From contig JANOQI010000036.1 in assembly GCA_031414775.1 (NCBI GenBank), positions 32,001 through 96,000 of the forward strand: a DNA stretch of 64,000 nt. Reading direction: 5' to 3'. The notes beneath the pieces are model-generated. The model searched no databases. It saw nothing but the letters and a program-made list of their open reading frames with translations, and had not been told where the DNA came from. The stretch is from Synechococcales cyanobacterium VAR_4_metabat_354. Its GTDB lineage: Bacteria > Cyanobacteriota > Cyanobacteriia > Cyanobacteriales > Chamaesiphonaceae. Made by a program: the position numbers and the translations under genes. Below are positions 20,011-30,638 of this stretch, one piece after another; position 1 is the stretch's first letter, and every line of letters starts with the position of its first letter.

Positions 20011-21417
20011 ATGCCTTCAGATTCTGACAAATCTCAGCCGCAACCCAAAGATATATTTAAATATTTTGGTACTGCTGGTAAAGATATTCCACGTTTTGAT
20101 GCTAGATTACCTCTACCGCGCAGCGTGGAGCCGCCACTACGCTTGCTCGTTAACGGTGGGCTGGCCAAAATTCCGATTGCCTCTGCTGGGCCGCTGGAAT
20201 TGCTGGGAATTGTGGGGGTCACCACCCTAGTGAAAAAGTTACAATCACCATTTGCCATGCCAGCGAACTTTACGCGCTGTCGTCCGGATAAGTTTAGTGA
20301 TGAATTCTTTGTGGAGCGGCGACTCAATGGCTTTAACCCCGGCCAAATGAAGCAGGTGAAAGATCAACCTTGGCAATATGTTATTTGCTATGACGCTAGG
20401 GACTATAATTTCAAGTTTGATAAGCCCGGCACCATCTTTCCTCGGGTTATTGAAGCCCGGTTTGTACTACAAGAGAAATCCTTACAGATTCATTCGATCG
20501 AATACGAACTAGTTCCGGGTGTCAAAAGCTTCAAAACTCCGATCGACACTCGTCAGGAATGGGAATGGGCTAAACAGTTATTCCGCTGTGCAGAGATTGT
20601 ATTTCAAGAAACTCAATCTCACTTAGGACAAGCTCACTTAAATGTGGAGCAATATGCCATGTCCTATTACCGTAATATTGTAAACAACCCGATCAAACTT
20701 TTATTGGAACCCCATTTTACCGGGGTGTTGTACATCAACAAATTAGGTGCGTCAGATATTTTCGGATCTACCGGAATTCTCCCCCAAAATTCAGCCTTAC
20801 ATACTGATGAAGTAGAGACGTTGATTCATGCCAAAATCAAAACATTAAATTATCATCAGTGGCATCCTCAACTGCATACCATGCCTGATGTGGTTGCTAA
20901 TAACTTCTTTGATCGCGCTTCGATAGCTGCGTGGGAAGTCATTACCGAATATGTGACTGATTTCTTTTCCAAGCAAGGATCCGAGATTCAACGATTATGG
21001 CCTGAAATCGCTGCGATGTCCGCAGATTTAGTACAGCATTCTATCTTGGATGAAAATTGCGGGACGCTCGAAATTGCCGATATTGATGATCTGAGAGCAC
21101 TCTGTATCTATGTGATTTACCATAGCTCTTTCATTCACTCCTGGCTAAACTATAAACAATATGATGATGTAGGTGACGTGGAATATGCCGTGATCGGCTT
21201 ATGGGATGAAACCTATGACAAAACAACGCTTGTCCAAAGGCACATTGAACAAGTTTTCTTGGCGTGGAAATTATCTCAAATTCGCTACAATCCAATCGTG
21301 GCTGAAACCGATGTAGATAGCCCGATCGCAATATTCAAAGATTTGCTATGGCAGCGACGGAATGAAATCATCCCCGGCATACCACTAGAACTATTAATGG
21401 GCAGTATTCACGTCTAA
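20011..21417 (+). CDS. Lipoxygenase (short, catalytic domain only)
   Basis: DEFFVERRLNGFNP, WEWAK, iron-ligand motifs SHLGQAHL and HSWLN, C-terminal SIHV. Confidence 0.85.
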   Translation: MPSDSDKSQPQPKDIFKYFGTAGKDIPRFDARLPLPRSVEPPLRLLVNGGLAKIPIASAGPLELLGIVGVTTLVKKLQSPFAMPANFTRCRPDKFSDEFFVERRLNGFNPGQMKQVKDQPWQYVICYDARDYNFKFDKPGTIFPRVIEARFVLQEKSLQIHSIEYELVPGVKSFKTPIDTRQEWEWAKQLFRCAEIVFQETQSHLGQAHLNVEQYAMSYYRNIVNNPIKLLLEPHFTGVLYINKLGASDIFGSTGILPQNSALHTDEVETLIHAKIKTLNYHQWHPQLHTMPDVVANNFFDRASIAAWEVITEYVTDFFSKQGSEIQRLWPEIAAMSADLVQHSILDENCGTLEIADIDDLRALCIYVIYHSSFIHSWLNYKQYDDVGDVEYAVIGLWDETYDKTTLVQRHIEQVFLAWKLSQIRYNPIVAETDVDSPIAIFKDLLWQRRNEIIPGIPLELLMGSIHV

Positions 21418-21631
21418 AATTTGATCTGGCAATATTTTTTACAATGCTGGCATCTTAATACATGCTGGCATTGGTAGTATTTGGAATTACAGCATCATCT
21501 GGAAAAGAACTTGCCACTGTAGAATTGGGTTACTTCTCAACATGATTACTTAATTCTCCGTTAGCCTAAGCAAAGAGTAGCTTGACTTCAGCTCTTGATT
21601 ATCAATATCGTTTTTTCGGGGATTTATCACT

Positions 21632-22264
21632 ATGATTTTCTGGTTGATATGGCTACTATTCACAGGTTATGCATTCTTGCTAGCTCCACCAGACAGCCCA
21701 GAAACATTACAGCTAATTATCAATCTCTCCACTGGCCAATGGACCGGGATCAATCCCCTGATTATTGCACTATTTAATTTGATGGGGATTTGGCCAATGA
21801 TTTATGCAGCCGTAATGTTGTTTGATGGGTCTACCCAAAAATTCCAGCCCGGATTTTTCAATGCGGCCTCTTTTGCGGTGGGGGCATTTATTATTTTGCC
21901 TTATCTAGGACTCCGCCAACCTAGTAAAAATGTGACAGAGACTCCACTCCGGAAGCTTTTAGATGCTCGTTGGTTGGCAGTGGCGATCGGGATAGGATCG
22001 ATCGGACTACTCACCTATGGCTTCACCCAAGGCAACTGGCCAGATTTTGTGCATTCATGGCAGACCCAGCGCTTTATCCATGTAATGAGTTTAGACTTTT
22101 TGATGCTATCGGCTCTGTTTCCAGTCTTAGCCAAAGATGATCTGAGCAGAAGAGGCGGTCAGTCTTGGCTATGGTGGATCTCTTTTGTACCACTAGTGGG
22201 CGCGATCGCCTACCTCTATCTCCGACCCCATCAGGTTTTTACTAATGCTGAGATGATTAATTAA
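21632..22264 (+). CDS. Conserved cyanobacterial membrane protein (DUF2834-like)
   Basis: [31 protein letters not shown]; multiple TM segments. Confidence 0.7.
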   Translation: MIFWLIWLLFTGYAFLLAPPDSPETLQLIINLSTGQWTGINPLIIALFNLMGIWPMIYAAVMLFDGSTQKFQPGFFNAASFAVGAFIILPYLGLRQPSKNVTETPLRKLLDARWLAVAIGIGSIGLLTYGFTQGNWPDFVHSWQTQRFIHVMSLDFLMLSALFPVLAKDDLSRRGGQSWLWWISFVPLVGAIAYLYLRPHQVFTNAEMIN

Positions 22265-23298
22265 TAAGCGGCACCGACCAACACGCCATCCTGCTGCAAA
22301 CTAGCTAGATTTTTACTCCCGGTGCAAAACAACACCGTTCTCAATTCGGCCAACAGGATTGCCACTTTTTCAGCAACGGCTTCCGGCGAAACCGTTGCTG
22401 CCCGCAAAAATGGCAATGCCAAACCTGCTAAATCGGCTCCCAGAGCGATCGCTTTAGCCACATCCAAACCATGGCGCAAACCACCAGAAGCAATCAGCGG
22501 CAGTTGCGGATAGGCCTGACTAATTCCTTGAATACAGTCAGCGGTGGGTATGCCCCAGTTGGCAAAAGTTTTTCCCAGTTGTTTTTCCAAGGCATTTTCA
22601 GCGCGTTCGCCTTCGACTAATGCCCAGGAAGTACCACCAGCTCCGGCCACGTCAATCGATTGCACCCCAGCATTCATTAATCTGGCAGCCATCGACACCG
22701 AAATACCGTTTCCTACTTCTTTGGCAATTACCGGCACTGGCAAATACTTACAAACTTGCTCAATTTTGGCCAGCAGTCCTTGAAAATTGCGATCGCCACG
22801 CGGTTGAATACATTCTTGCAAGGGATTGATATGCAAAATCAAGGCATCGGCCTGGAGCAAGTCCACAGCTTTCAAACATTCCTCGACCCCATAACCATAA
22901 TTTAATTGCACAGCGCCCAAATTCGCCAATAGCAAAATATCAGGAGCTAGTTGCCGAACATTAAAAGTGGCCGCTGCTTCTGGCTGTTCGATCGCCACTC
23001 GCTGGGAACCGACCCCCATTGCCAATCCGTATTCCTGTGCCGCCAAGGCCAACCGGGTATTAATGGTGCGGGCTTGCTCGGTGCCGCCAGTCATCGAAGA
23101 AATCAACAAAGGGGTGGCTAATTTTTTCCCCAAAAAGCTGGTACTCAGATCGATCGCATCATAATCTAACTCTGGCAAACAGCAATGGGTAAAATGATAT
23201 TTTTCCAGCCCGGTAGTTGTTTGGAACTGGACATCTTCATCTAGACAAATACGGATATGGTCAGCTTTCCGTTGCTGGGTGGGGGGGGTTTCGGTCAT
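22261..23298 (-). CDS. fni: Type 2 isopentenyl-diphosphate isomerase
   Basis: [39 protein letters not shown]; likely start MTETP at 23298. Confidence 0.95.
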   Translation of the reverse strand: MTETPPTQQRKADHIRICLDEDVQFQTTTGLEKYHFTHCCLPELDYDAIDLSTSFLGKKLATPLLISSMTGGTEQARTINTRLALAAQEYGLAMGVGSQRVAIEQPEAAATFNVRQLAPDILLLANLGAVQLNYGYGVEECLKAVDLLQADALILHINPLQECIQPRGDRNFQGLLAKIEQVCKYLPVPVIAKEVGNGISVSMAARLMNAGVQSIDVAGAGGTSWALVEGERAENALEKQLGKTFANWGIPTADCIQGISQAYPQLPLIASGGLRHGLDVAKAIALGADLAGLALPFLRAATVSPEAVAEKVAILLAELRTVLFCTGSKNLASLQQDGVLVGAAY

Positions 23299-23326
23299 GG
23301 CATTTTCGCCTTGCTTGGCCAAGGTG

Positions 23327-23869
23327 CTAGCTATCTGGTCGAATCAACTCTACCCCATCACGGCCATCAGTTTCTTGGAAATAAACCTTTACTTGTTCTT
23401 CTTGAGAAGTGGGCAAGCGTTTGCCAACAAAATCGGGATGAATGGGCAGCTGGCGATGACCGCGATCGACTAATGTTGCCAACAAAATTGCTTCCGGGCG
23501 GCCATATTCAGCCACAGCATTCAGTGCACCCCGCGCGGTACGGCCTTTGTAAATCACATCGTCCACTAAGACTATTATTTTATGATGGGCATCGAAGTTG
23601 ATTTCGGTTTTGGCGGGGGTGCGCACAGCGATCGAATTCAAATCGTCTCGATAGAAGGTGATATCTACTGACGAAATTGGGACAGAAACATTTTCTAGAA
23701 TGGTGATCTGCTGACCGATCAGCTTGGCCAGGGGTACGCCTCTGGTATGAATACCCACCAAGGCCACCTCCGATAAATCGCGGCAGCGTTCAATAATTTC
23801 GGAAGCCATCCGATTGATGGTGCGGCGCATTTCTTCAGAAGAGAGAATTTCGATAGTTTGCGAGGTCAT
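23327..23869 (-). CDS. pyrR: PyrR regulator / uracil phosphoribosyltransferase
   Basis: [43 protein letters not shown]; likely start MTSQ at 23869. Confidence 0.95.
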   Translation of the reverse strand: MTSQTIEILSSEEMRRTINRMASEIIERCRDLSEVALVGIHTRGVPLAKLIGQQITILENVSVPISSVDITFYRDDLNSIAVRTPAKTEINFDAHHKIIVLVDDVIYKGRTARGALNAVAEYGRPEAILLATLVDRGHRQLPIHPDFVGKRLPTSQEEQVKVYFQETDGRDGVELIRPDS

Positions 23870-23958
23870 AGCGGTTCCAGCGGCAAAGTCTGAATCCTCA
23901 ATTATAAGTTGGCCAGGAAGCATTGCGATCGATCAACTTAGCAATCAAGTTCTTCTTG

Positions 23959-24420
23959 CTACTGGTTTTTCTTGTTGTTAACTAAATGGTTAACAACCGC
24001 CCGCAATCCTAAATAATAGCTATCTGACCCAAATCCGCAGATTTGACCAACGACAACATCAGCCAGATAAGAATGGTGACGAAACTCTTCCCGACGGTAG
24101 ACATTACTGAGATGGACTTCTACTGTGGGAACATTCACTCCAGCTATTGCATCCCGCAACGCAACACTAGTATGGGTATAAGCTCCTGCATTAATCACAA
24201 TCCCTTGATGCTGGGTGCGCGCAGTATGAATAGCATCAACCAAAACACCTTCATGGTTAGATTGAACACAAACGACAATTACCCCCAGTTCTGTAGCTTG
24301 CCGCTGGAGGCGATCATTAATGTCTTGAAGAGTGGTTGCACCGTAAATACTTGGTTCGCGCAAACCTAAAAGATTTAGATTTGGACCATGAAGCACCAAA
24401 ATACTAGGAAAAATAGTCAC
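23959..24420 (-). CDS. aroQ: Type II 3-dehydroquinate dehydratase
   Basis: [35 protein letters not shown]. Confidence 0.96.
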   Translation of the reverse strand: MTIFPSILVLHGPNLNLLGLREPSIYGATTLQDINDRLQRQATELGVIVVCVQSNHEGVLVDAIHTARTQHQGIVINAGAYTHTSVALRDAIAGVNVPTVEVHLSNVYRREEFRHHSYLADVVVGQICGFGSDSYYLGLRAVVNHLVNNKKNQ

Positions 24421-24436
24421 TTAAATTCTTAAATAT

Positions 24437-24565
24437 CTAGTTATTGTCCTTGACTGGAACAGGAATCAATTCAGGTTCCACCTGACCAGCCGGACCGAGC
24501 AGTAGATCCATTATTTTATTAGCCCACTCTTCGAGCTTCTCCAAAATTTCTTGAATATAGTTCAT
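24437..24565 (-). CDS. Small 42-aa protein not in the ORF track
   Basis: MNYIQEILEKLEEWANKIMDLLLGPAGQVEPELIPVPVKDNN*, preceded by AAAGGAG Shine-Dalgarno. Confidence 0.8.
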   Translation of the reverse strand: MNYIQEILEKLEEWANKIMDLLLGPAGQVEPELIPVPVKDNN

Positions 24566-24675
24566 AGAAACTGCTCCTTTATAAAAATTTTAACAAGATA
24601 AACGGTTATGTAAACTCTTCTTAACGTTATTCTAATGTGAAAATCGATAGAATGGGTAATCCTTAGCAGTACAAA

Positions 24676-25449
24676 TCACCGCTGACCAATCATTTTATGA
24701 GTCTGGGGGATTACTCTAACGATTGTTAAAAATTGCTTAAGAAACTGCTGCCATTGCAATACTTGGTGGGGTTCAGGAGCGACCGGAGCCTTACTGTGCG
24801 GTTGGTCTAAGGGGGTTACTGGTTGTAAAAACAGGGGAATCTGAGAATTGATCGATCGAATGATCTGAGCGGCCTGCTCTAGCTCGGCCAGCACCGTATT
24901 TTTACTCACAACAATTTTAACAAACACCGGACAATTGTGCTGGGCACAGATCTGCAAAAATTCCTGGTGAGCCGTCCAATGTTCTTCGCCACTGGCACTG
25001 GGCAACTTCATATCCATGCCAATTAAATCCAAATGCTCAATGATAGTAGCTAACTGCTGGGGGCGATGGCCGCCAGTTTCCAGATAGATAGGTAATTGAG
25101 TTGCTAAGCGCACAATGGGCAACCAAGTGCCTAAAAAATTGGCATGAAGCAGCGGTTCGCCGCCAGTAATACTAATACTGTCATGGAGATTAGACAAATT
25201 ATGATTAGTTACCCAGGTTAATAACTGCGATCGAGAAACCGGATTGGAATGCAGTTCAAAATCTCGATCACCCGGTGTAATTTCGATTTGACAGGTTGGC
25301 TGTTTTCGCCAAGTATGCTCACTGTCACAGTAGGTACAACGCAGATCACAGCCCCCAAAGCGGACAAAAATTTGCCGGGTACCAACATTGAGACCCTCTC
25401 CTTGAATTGCCGAAAAAATTTCGATTAAATTAGCTGTGGGTTCGGACAT
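24676..25449 (-). CDS. queE: 7-carboxy-7-deazaguanine synthase (radical SAM)
   Basis: EIFSAIQGEG, CDLRCTYCDS, SITGGEPL, VIPQTHK; likely start MSEP at 25449. Confidence 0.92.
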   Translation of the reverse strand: MSEPTANLIEIFSAIQGEGLNVGTRQIFVRFGGCDLRCTYCDSEHTWRKQPTCQIEITPGDRDFELHSNPVSRSQLLTWVTNHNLSNLHDSISITGGEPLLHANFLGTWLPIVRLATQLPIYLETGGHRPQQLATIIEHLDLIGMDMKLPSASGEEHWTAHQEFLQICAQHNCPVFVKIVVSKNTVLAELEQAAQIIRSINSQIPLFLQPVTPLDQPHSKAPVAPEPHQVLQWQQFLKQFLTIVRVIPQTHKMIGQR

Positions 25450-25551
25450 GGTGATGGTTTTCTTCACAGAAACATATTTAGCTTTAAAAAATTTACTTGT
25501 TAGCAGGCAATTTTCTCGATAACATTATAGGCAATTGCATGGAGCAAAACA

Positions 25552-25857
25552 GTGCTGCAAATACTGTTGATTTTAGCCTTCTTGATTGGATTCCTAGCAG
25601 TCATTTTCCAATTGACCAAGCGAGAGTCTGTTCGAGGTCATTACTGCATGGCGAGGGTGATGGAATCAAATAGTCATCTCACCTATAAAAGAATTACCCG
25701 CGATCCAGAGGAATTCTACATCGAAGGAATAGGCTATATTATTGGTGATATCTCCTGTCACTACAATGCCTGTTCTCCTTACATCCGCTGTACGGTTAAT
25801 CCCAGTGGTCTCTGTGAGGGCTGTCGAGAATATCGCGACAAAAATCGCCCCAACTAA
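25552..25857 (+). CDS. Conserved cyanobacterial Cys-rich protein (DUF6464-like)
   Basis: N-terminal TM; IGDISCHYNACSPYIRCTVNPSGLCEGC. Confidence 0.7.
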   Translation: MLQILLILAFLIGFLAVIFQLTKRESVRGHYCMARVMESNSHLTYKRITRDPEEFYIEGIGYIIGDISCHYNACSPYIRCTVNPSGLCEGCREYRDKNRPN

Positions 25858-25915
25858 AAAAACACTCAATCAAATAGGTAATGAATTCCTCTCCATAAAT
25901 GCCTACTAAATTCTG

Positions 25916-26974
25916 ATGCAGATAAAGATTCAACCATTTACCGTCAACAAGCGTGTACCACTCAAAATTAGCCGGGGTACTACTAGCCACACTACCAATA
26001 TTTGGCTGCGCTTAGAAGCCGATGGCATCGAAGGTTGGGGTGAGGCCACGCCTTTCTCGATCGGATCGCAACAACAGACAACAGCCGAGATCATGTCAGC
26101 ATTGGCAGAAGTTATTCCAGTTCTAGAAAAATTTCATCCCCTCCAGCGCCAAGCTATCCACCAAACCCTCAGTGATTCCACCTGGCAGCGTATTCCTTCC
26201 GCCGCCATCGCCGCCGTGGACATAGCTCTACACGACTGGCTGGGCAAAAGAGCAGGCTTACCCCTGTGGCAATTATGGGGGCTAGATGCAACTAAGTCTG
26301 TACCGATCTCAGTCACAGTTGGCATTAACTCCCCGGCTGGTGCTCAAGAGCGAGTCAAGAAATGGCTCGAAGTATTTGATGCCCAGTTTTTCAAGTTGAA
26401 GATGGGCAGCCCGGAGGGAATTACGGCCGACCGTGCTATGTTCTTGGCGGTGGAACAGCTGGTACCCCAAGCTAAATTCACGGTTGATGCTAACGGTGGT
26501 TGGGAACTGGCCGATGCGATCGAGATGTCGGAATGGCTGGCTGCCAAAGGGGTGACATATATTGAACAGCCCCTGCGCCGAGGCGATGAAGCCAGCTTAC
26601 CAGCTTTGCAACAGGCTTCGCCTTTACCAATCTTTGTCGATGAAAGCTGCTTTGCTAGTGAAGATTTGCCCAGGCTAGTCGATCGAGTGGCCGGAATCAA
26701 TATTAAGCTGATGAAATGTGGTGGTTTGAGTGAAGCCCTGCGGATGATTCATACTGCCCGTGCCTGGGGTTTACAAGTGATGATTGGTTGTTATTCAGAT
26801 AGTTGTCTATCGAACACGGCGGCAGCTCACCTCGGCTCCTTAGTAGATCATCTCGACCTTGATAGTCATCTCAATCTTTTGGAAGATCCCTTTGTGGGAG
26901 CCACTATTCAAAACGGTAGACTAGTTCCTACAGATCTGCCTGGATTGGGCACTAGCCTTAAATCAGTTCTTTAA
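25916..26974 (+). CDS. Dipeptide (L-Ala-D/L-Glu) epimerase, enolase superfamily
   Basis: GWGEA, FKLKMG, VDANGGW, EQPL, DES, NIKLMKCGG, DLDS. Confidence 0.9.
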   Translation: MQIKIQPFTVNKRVPLKISRGTTSHTTNIWLRLEADGIEGWGEATPFSIGSQQQTTAEIMSALAEVIPVLEKFHPLQRQAIHQTLSDSTWQRIPSAAIAAVDIALHDWLGKRAGLPLWQLWGLDATKSVPISVTVGINSPAGAQERVKKWLEVFDAQFFKLKMGSPEGITADRAMFLAVEQLVPQAKFTVDANGGWELADAIEMSEWLAAKGVTYIEQPLRRGDEASLPALQQASPLPIFVDESCFASEDLPRLVDRVAGINIKLMKCGGLSEALRMIHTARAWGLQVMIGCYSDSCLSNTAAAHLGSLVDHLDLDSHLNLLEDPFVGATIQNGRLVPTDLPGLGTSLKSVL

Positions 26975-27071
26975 TCGGTCTTGCTTTTTGCAGCGATTTT
27001 TTTGTCGCGACTGTTTTTTAGCCAAAAATACCTAAGAGTTTGACCTATTGAAATTCATCAAGTGAGTAATT

Positions 27072-27929
27072 TTGAGTGATTTATTGAAGCCGCAGCTGAT
27101 TGACCAACAACTATTTGATTGGGGCAGTCGCACCTATCTAATGGGGGTAATTAATGTCACACCGGATAGTTTCAGCGATGGCGATCAATTCAACTCGGTA
27201 ACAGCCGCTTGTCAGCAAGCGGCTCAGTTCGTCCAAGCCGGAGCCGATATTTTGGATATTGGCGGCGAATCAACTAGGCCAGGAGCCGCCCCAGTCAGTA
27301 GCATCCAAGAACTCGAAAGAGTAATTCCAGTTATTCAGGGCATTCGTCAGCAAGGATTACAGATTCCGATATCGATCGATACCACTAAAGCCATTGTCGC
27401 TAAAGCAGCTGTCGGGGCTGGCGCAAATATCGTCAACGATGTTTCCGGTGGCATTTTTGACCCCGAAATGCTGCCAACAGTCGCAGCCTTGGGAGTGTCA
27501 ATCGCCTTGATGCACATGCGTGGCACCCCAGCCACCATGCAACAGCTAACCAACTACCAAGATCTGATTACAGAAGTCGGCGATTTTTTAGTAGCACGTA
27601 TCCAGGTAGCCTTAGATTGTGGGATCGATCGATCGAACATCATCATTGACCCGGGCATTGGTTTTGCCAAAACTTATCAGCAGAATATTGATTTACTTAA
27701 AAATCTGCCGATCCTTCGGCAACGCTTGCAACTCCCGTTGCTAGTGGGGGTATCTCGCAAAAGCTTCATTGGCCAAATTTTGCAACAGCCCGATCCACAG
27801 CAACGAGTTTGGGGTACAGCCGCCGCTTGCTGTGCAGCCATTGCCAATAACGCAGACATCCTGCGGGTGCATGATGTAGTCGCGATGCACGACGTTCGGA
27901 AAGTAGCTGATGTGTTGTTACGAAGGTAG
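27072..27929 (+). CDS. folP: Dihydropteroate synthase
   Basis: MGVINVTPDSFSDG, DIGGESTRPG, DPGIGFAK, SRKSF, LRVHDV. Confidence 0.97.
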   Translation: MSDLLKPQLIDQQLFDWGSRTYLMGVINVTPDSFSDGDQFNSVTAACQQAAQFVQAGADILDIGGESTRPGAAPVSSIQELERVIPVIQGIRQQGLQIPISIDTTKAIVAKAAVGAGANIVNDVSGGIFDPEMLPTVAALGVSIALMHMRGTPATMQQLTNYQDLITEVGDFLVARIQVALDCGIDRSNIIIDPGIGFAKTYQQNIDLLKNLPILRQRLQLPLLVGVSRKSFIGQILQQPDPQQRVWGTAAACCAAIANNADILRVHDVVAMHDVRKVADVLLRR

Positions 27930-27948
27930 TAGTTGCAACCAACTTTAT

Positions 27949-29793
27949 TTATTTTTTGGTTCTTTTCACTGCTGCCAACTGAGCCTGGTAGATATGCACC
28001 TGATCGATGAGTCCCGGGATACCAGGAATATTAAAGTTATAGTTACTAAATCCTTTCCCGATCGACTGATCTAAGACATTAGAAGCAAAACCTTGATAAT
28101 AAACTGGTACCGGTCGATTAGTATGATTTCCCCAACCATACTTACCAGTTTCGGCTACTGTTTTTCCTTGGTTGTCTCTCCGAGCCACTGGTTCAGAACC
28201 CCAATAGTGACCAGCTCCAGTACTATCATCAATATCTGTTAGTTTTTTGGCTCCCTGGCGGCGTAGCCGGTCTGGAAAATCTGGATTAAGCGTCAAGTAG
28301 TGATCATGATCGGCAGTAACAATCAGCTGATTACGTTGCCAACCGCCATTTTGTTCAATCCAACGGATCACCTTGCCCACCGCTCGATCAAAATCCAGGA
28401 CAGTTCCAATCAAGTTATCCATATTATTGTCATGAGCAGACCAGTCCACATCACCACCTTCTACCATCAACCAAAAACCTTTGGGATTTTTGTTCAAGAC
28501 GGTGAGGGCGGCGGTGGTCAAATCGCTAAGGGTGGGGTTTTCCGAGCGCTCTTGGCTAATGAATTGGGCGGGAGTTTGTCCAGTAGCTAGTGGTCGATCA
28601 ATATCTGGTTTTAACCCTTGAGTGCCGTGCACTTTAAACATATCCAAACCAGTGGTGCGGTAATTGCCATTAGCCCCACTGACCGGTAAATTACCATTTT
28701 GGCCTTTTGCGCCATAGAGTCCCAGCAATCGTTGGCCACGATCGGGCCTAATCTTGGCGGCGGTGGCTAATAATTTACGGGTGGCTTGAGGGCCACGTTC
28801 TAAAAACGTATACCCATAAATATTGTCGTTAGGTTTGGCTTTCAGGGTTTGATAAGTTTGGTCACTGATGTAAGTGAAATCTGGTTCGACGCCGGATGGC
28901 AAAGGCTTGTTCACATTAGAAAGCGGATGACCGCCGCCCAGTAGCACAGTGGGTTGATAAATTCGCAGTTCTTGCTGCAAAATGTTGTCGAGGGGTGATG
29001 CCTTGGGGGCATTGACATCATATTTAGTGCGACGATTGACGTTAGCAGCCGCCGCTCCCGGGGTGGCATGATCGATCGGCACTGATGTCACTAACCCAGT
29101 AGACTTACCCTGTGCAGTAGCAGTTTTAAGAATGGTGTTTAAAGGTTTTTCATAAACATCCACTCCGATCGCGTTATTGTAGCTTTTAACTCCAGTATAG
29201 AGAGTAGTGGCCGTATTGGCGGAGTCTGGATAGCTATATTTTATATAATTAGGATCACTACCAGGTGTCCAAGGATTGATACCGCCCCGTCGTGGGTTGT
29301 AGCCCACCAAGTTGCCAGTCGTATTAGTGGATCTTGCTCCACCACTAGACTTAGAGCCAGGATTAAAACTGGGATTAAAGCGAAAATTCGGTCTGAGTGG
29401 ACTTTGGCGAGTGCCATCTTGGGAGTCGTCTAAAGCGCTGAGATTATTGCTATATAAGCCATCAGCACCCAGTACAGTTGTCCCGTAAGTAGTAGCTAAG
29501 GCATAGCCTTTCAGCTTTTGCATATTCAGACCAAAGCCTTTTTCTTTGGTGTAAAAATCCTGAAGAGTGTTGCCTTTTTTACCATTTTTGATGAGACTCG
29601 CGATCGCTGCTGCTCTAGTCAATTCCCAACCCATGCCATCCCCAATCATGATAATGGTGTTGCTGCGTGAACCGGCAGTCTTACTTACAAAAGATCGTGC
29701 TCCGCCGCTACCGATAGCTATCAGTAGTGATACTAACGATATTACGATGATGTTACGGATCGATTTATTCCATCGCATAGCGTTAATTAGCAA
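27949..29793 (-). CDS. phoA: Alkaline phosphatase (PhoA type), secreted
   Basis: Signal peptide; IGDGMG, PDSANTAT (catalytic Ser), HATP, VEGGDVDWSAHDN, VTADHDH. Confidence 0.92.
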   Translation of the reverse strand: MLINAMRWNKSIRNIIVISLVSLLIAIGSGGARSFVSKTAGSRSNTIIMIGDGMGWELTRAAAIASLIKNGKKGNTLQDFYTKEKGFGLNMQKLKGYALATTYGTTVLGADGLYSNNLSALDDSQDGTRQSPLRPNFRFNPSFNPGSKSSGGARSTNTTGNLVGYNPRRGGINPWTPGSDPNYIKYSYPDSANTATTLYTGVKSYNNAIGVDVYEKPLNTILKTATAQGKSTGLVTSVPIDHATPGAAAANVNRRTKYDVNAPKASPLDNILQQELRIYQPTVLLGGGHPLSNVNKPLPSGVEPDFTYISDQTYQTLKAKPNDNIYGYTFLERGPQATRKLLATAAKIRPDRGQRLLGLYGAKGQNGNLPVSGANGNYRTTGLDMFKVHGTQGLKPDIDRPLATGQTPAQFISQERSENPTLSDLTTAALTVLNKNPKGFWLMVEGGDVDWSAHDNNMDNLIGTVLDFDRAVGKVIRWIEQNGGWQRNQLIVTADHDHYLTLNPDFPDRLRRQGAKKLTDIDDSTGAGHYWGSEPVARRDNQGKTVAETGKYGWGNHTNRPVPVYYQGFASNVLDQSIGKGFSNYNFNIPGIPGLIDQVHIYQAQLAAVKRTKK

Positions 29794-30457
29794 TTGCCAC
29801 TAGTGATTTCACTGGGTGGATCACATTGTGGTGCGGCACTGCAACCACCAGGTGACGATTGCTATCAAATTTAATTTTGCCATTTCCTTGCAACTTCCCT
29901 AATATCCGAGTAACCGTTACCCTGGTGGTGCCAATCGTACTTGCTAACTGTTGGTGGGTTAAGCGCGCAGTGATGCGCATTCCGTCTGCCACTGGTTCCC
30001 CAATTTCTCTGCTCAGCAGCAATAAAAAACGATAAAGACGTTCTTGAATATGGCGAGTTCCTAAAACCGATTGGATCGCTTCCGATTGCTGGAGACGTTG
30101 ATCAAGTCCCCTAAGAATTAAACGATTCAGGTCAAAATATTGATCGATTTCTGATGCTGTAAATCGGAGCAGACTTACGTTGGTGAGGGCTGTCGCAATA
30201 TAAGGATCAACAAATGTTAGTGGTAGCCCAAATGGCATTGAGGAAGAAGCCAAAGCTAATAGCATGCTATTCCCCTCATCATCGAAGGTAGAGATATACA
30301 CAATACCTTGCTGCACCAATAGTATATCTTGCTTGAACAGGGGAATTTCCTTACCTTTGGGATAATTTAAAGCTTTTTTATGCTGATAAAGCTCTTCTAA
30401 CTGGCGATCAGCACGAGGGAACCGGAAAACTTCGGGATGAGGAACATTTAAAAGCAT
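29783..30457 (-). CDS. Crp/Fnr family transcriptional regulator
   Basis: C-terminal HTH LTHQQLASTIGTTRVTVTRILG; degenerate cNMP-binding domain; overlaps the phoA ORF start. Confidence 0.88.
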   Translation of the reverse strand: MLLNVPHPEVFRFPRADRQLEELYQHKKALNYPKGKEIPLFKQDILLVQQGIVYISTFDDEGNSMLLALASSSMPFGLPLTFVDPYIATALTNVSLLRFTASEIDQYFDLNRLILRGLDQRLQQSEAIQSVLGTRHIQERLYRFLLLLSREIGEPVADGMRITARLTHQQLASTIGTTRVTVTRILGKLQGNGKIKFDSNRHLVVAVPHHNVIHPVKSLVAIAN

Positions 30458-30512
30458 AGCAAATGCCTGCTGGCTAGCAACACCATTACCATAGAGGTCT
30501 AAACCAAAGAAA

Positions 30513-30542
30513 AAGTAATCTTTAGGTTAGGGTTTGGTTAAG
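30513..30542 (-). promoter_or_regulatory. Pho box tandem (SphR site) upstream of crp-phoA
   Basis: Minus strand CTTAACCA-aac-CCTAACCT at 11-bp period, matching cyanobacterial PyTTAAPyPy(T/A); TATGGT -10-like hexamer downstream near 30488-30493. Confidence 0.7.
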
Positions 30543-30638
30543 GGATATACAGAGTTGTATTAAATCGTGGTACAAGCAAGCATGGGGGCATGACTGTCTC
30601 GGTTTGCATTCAATAATATTTGCTGTTTCGGTAGCTTT

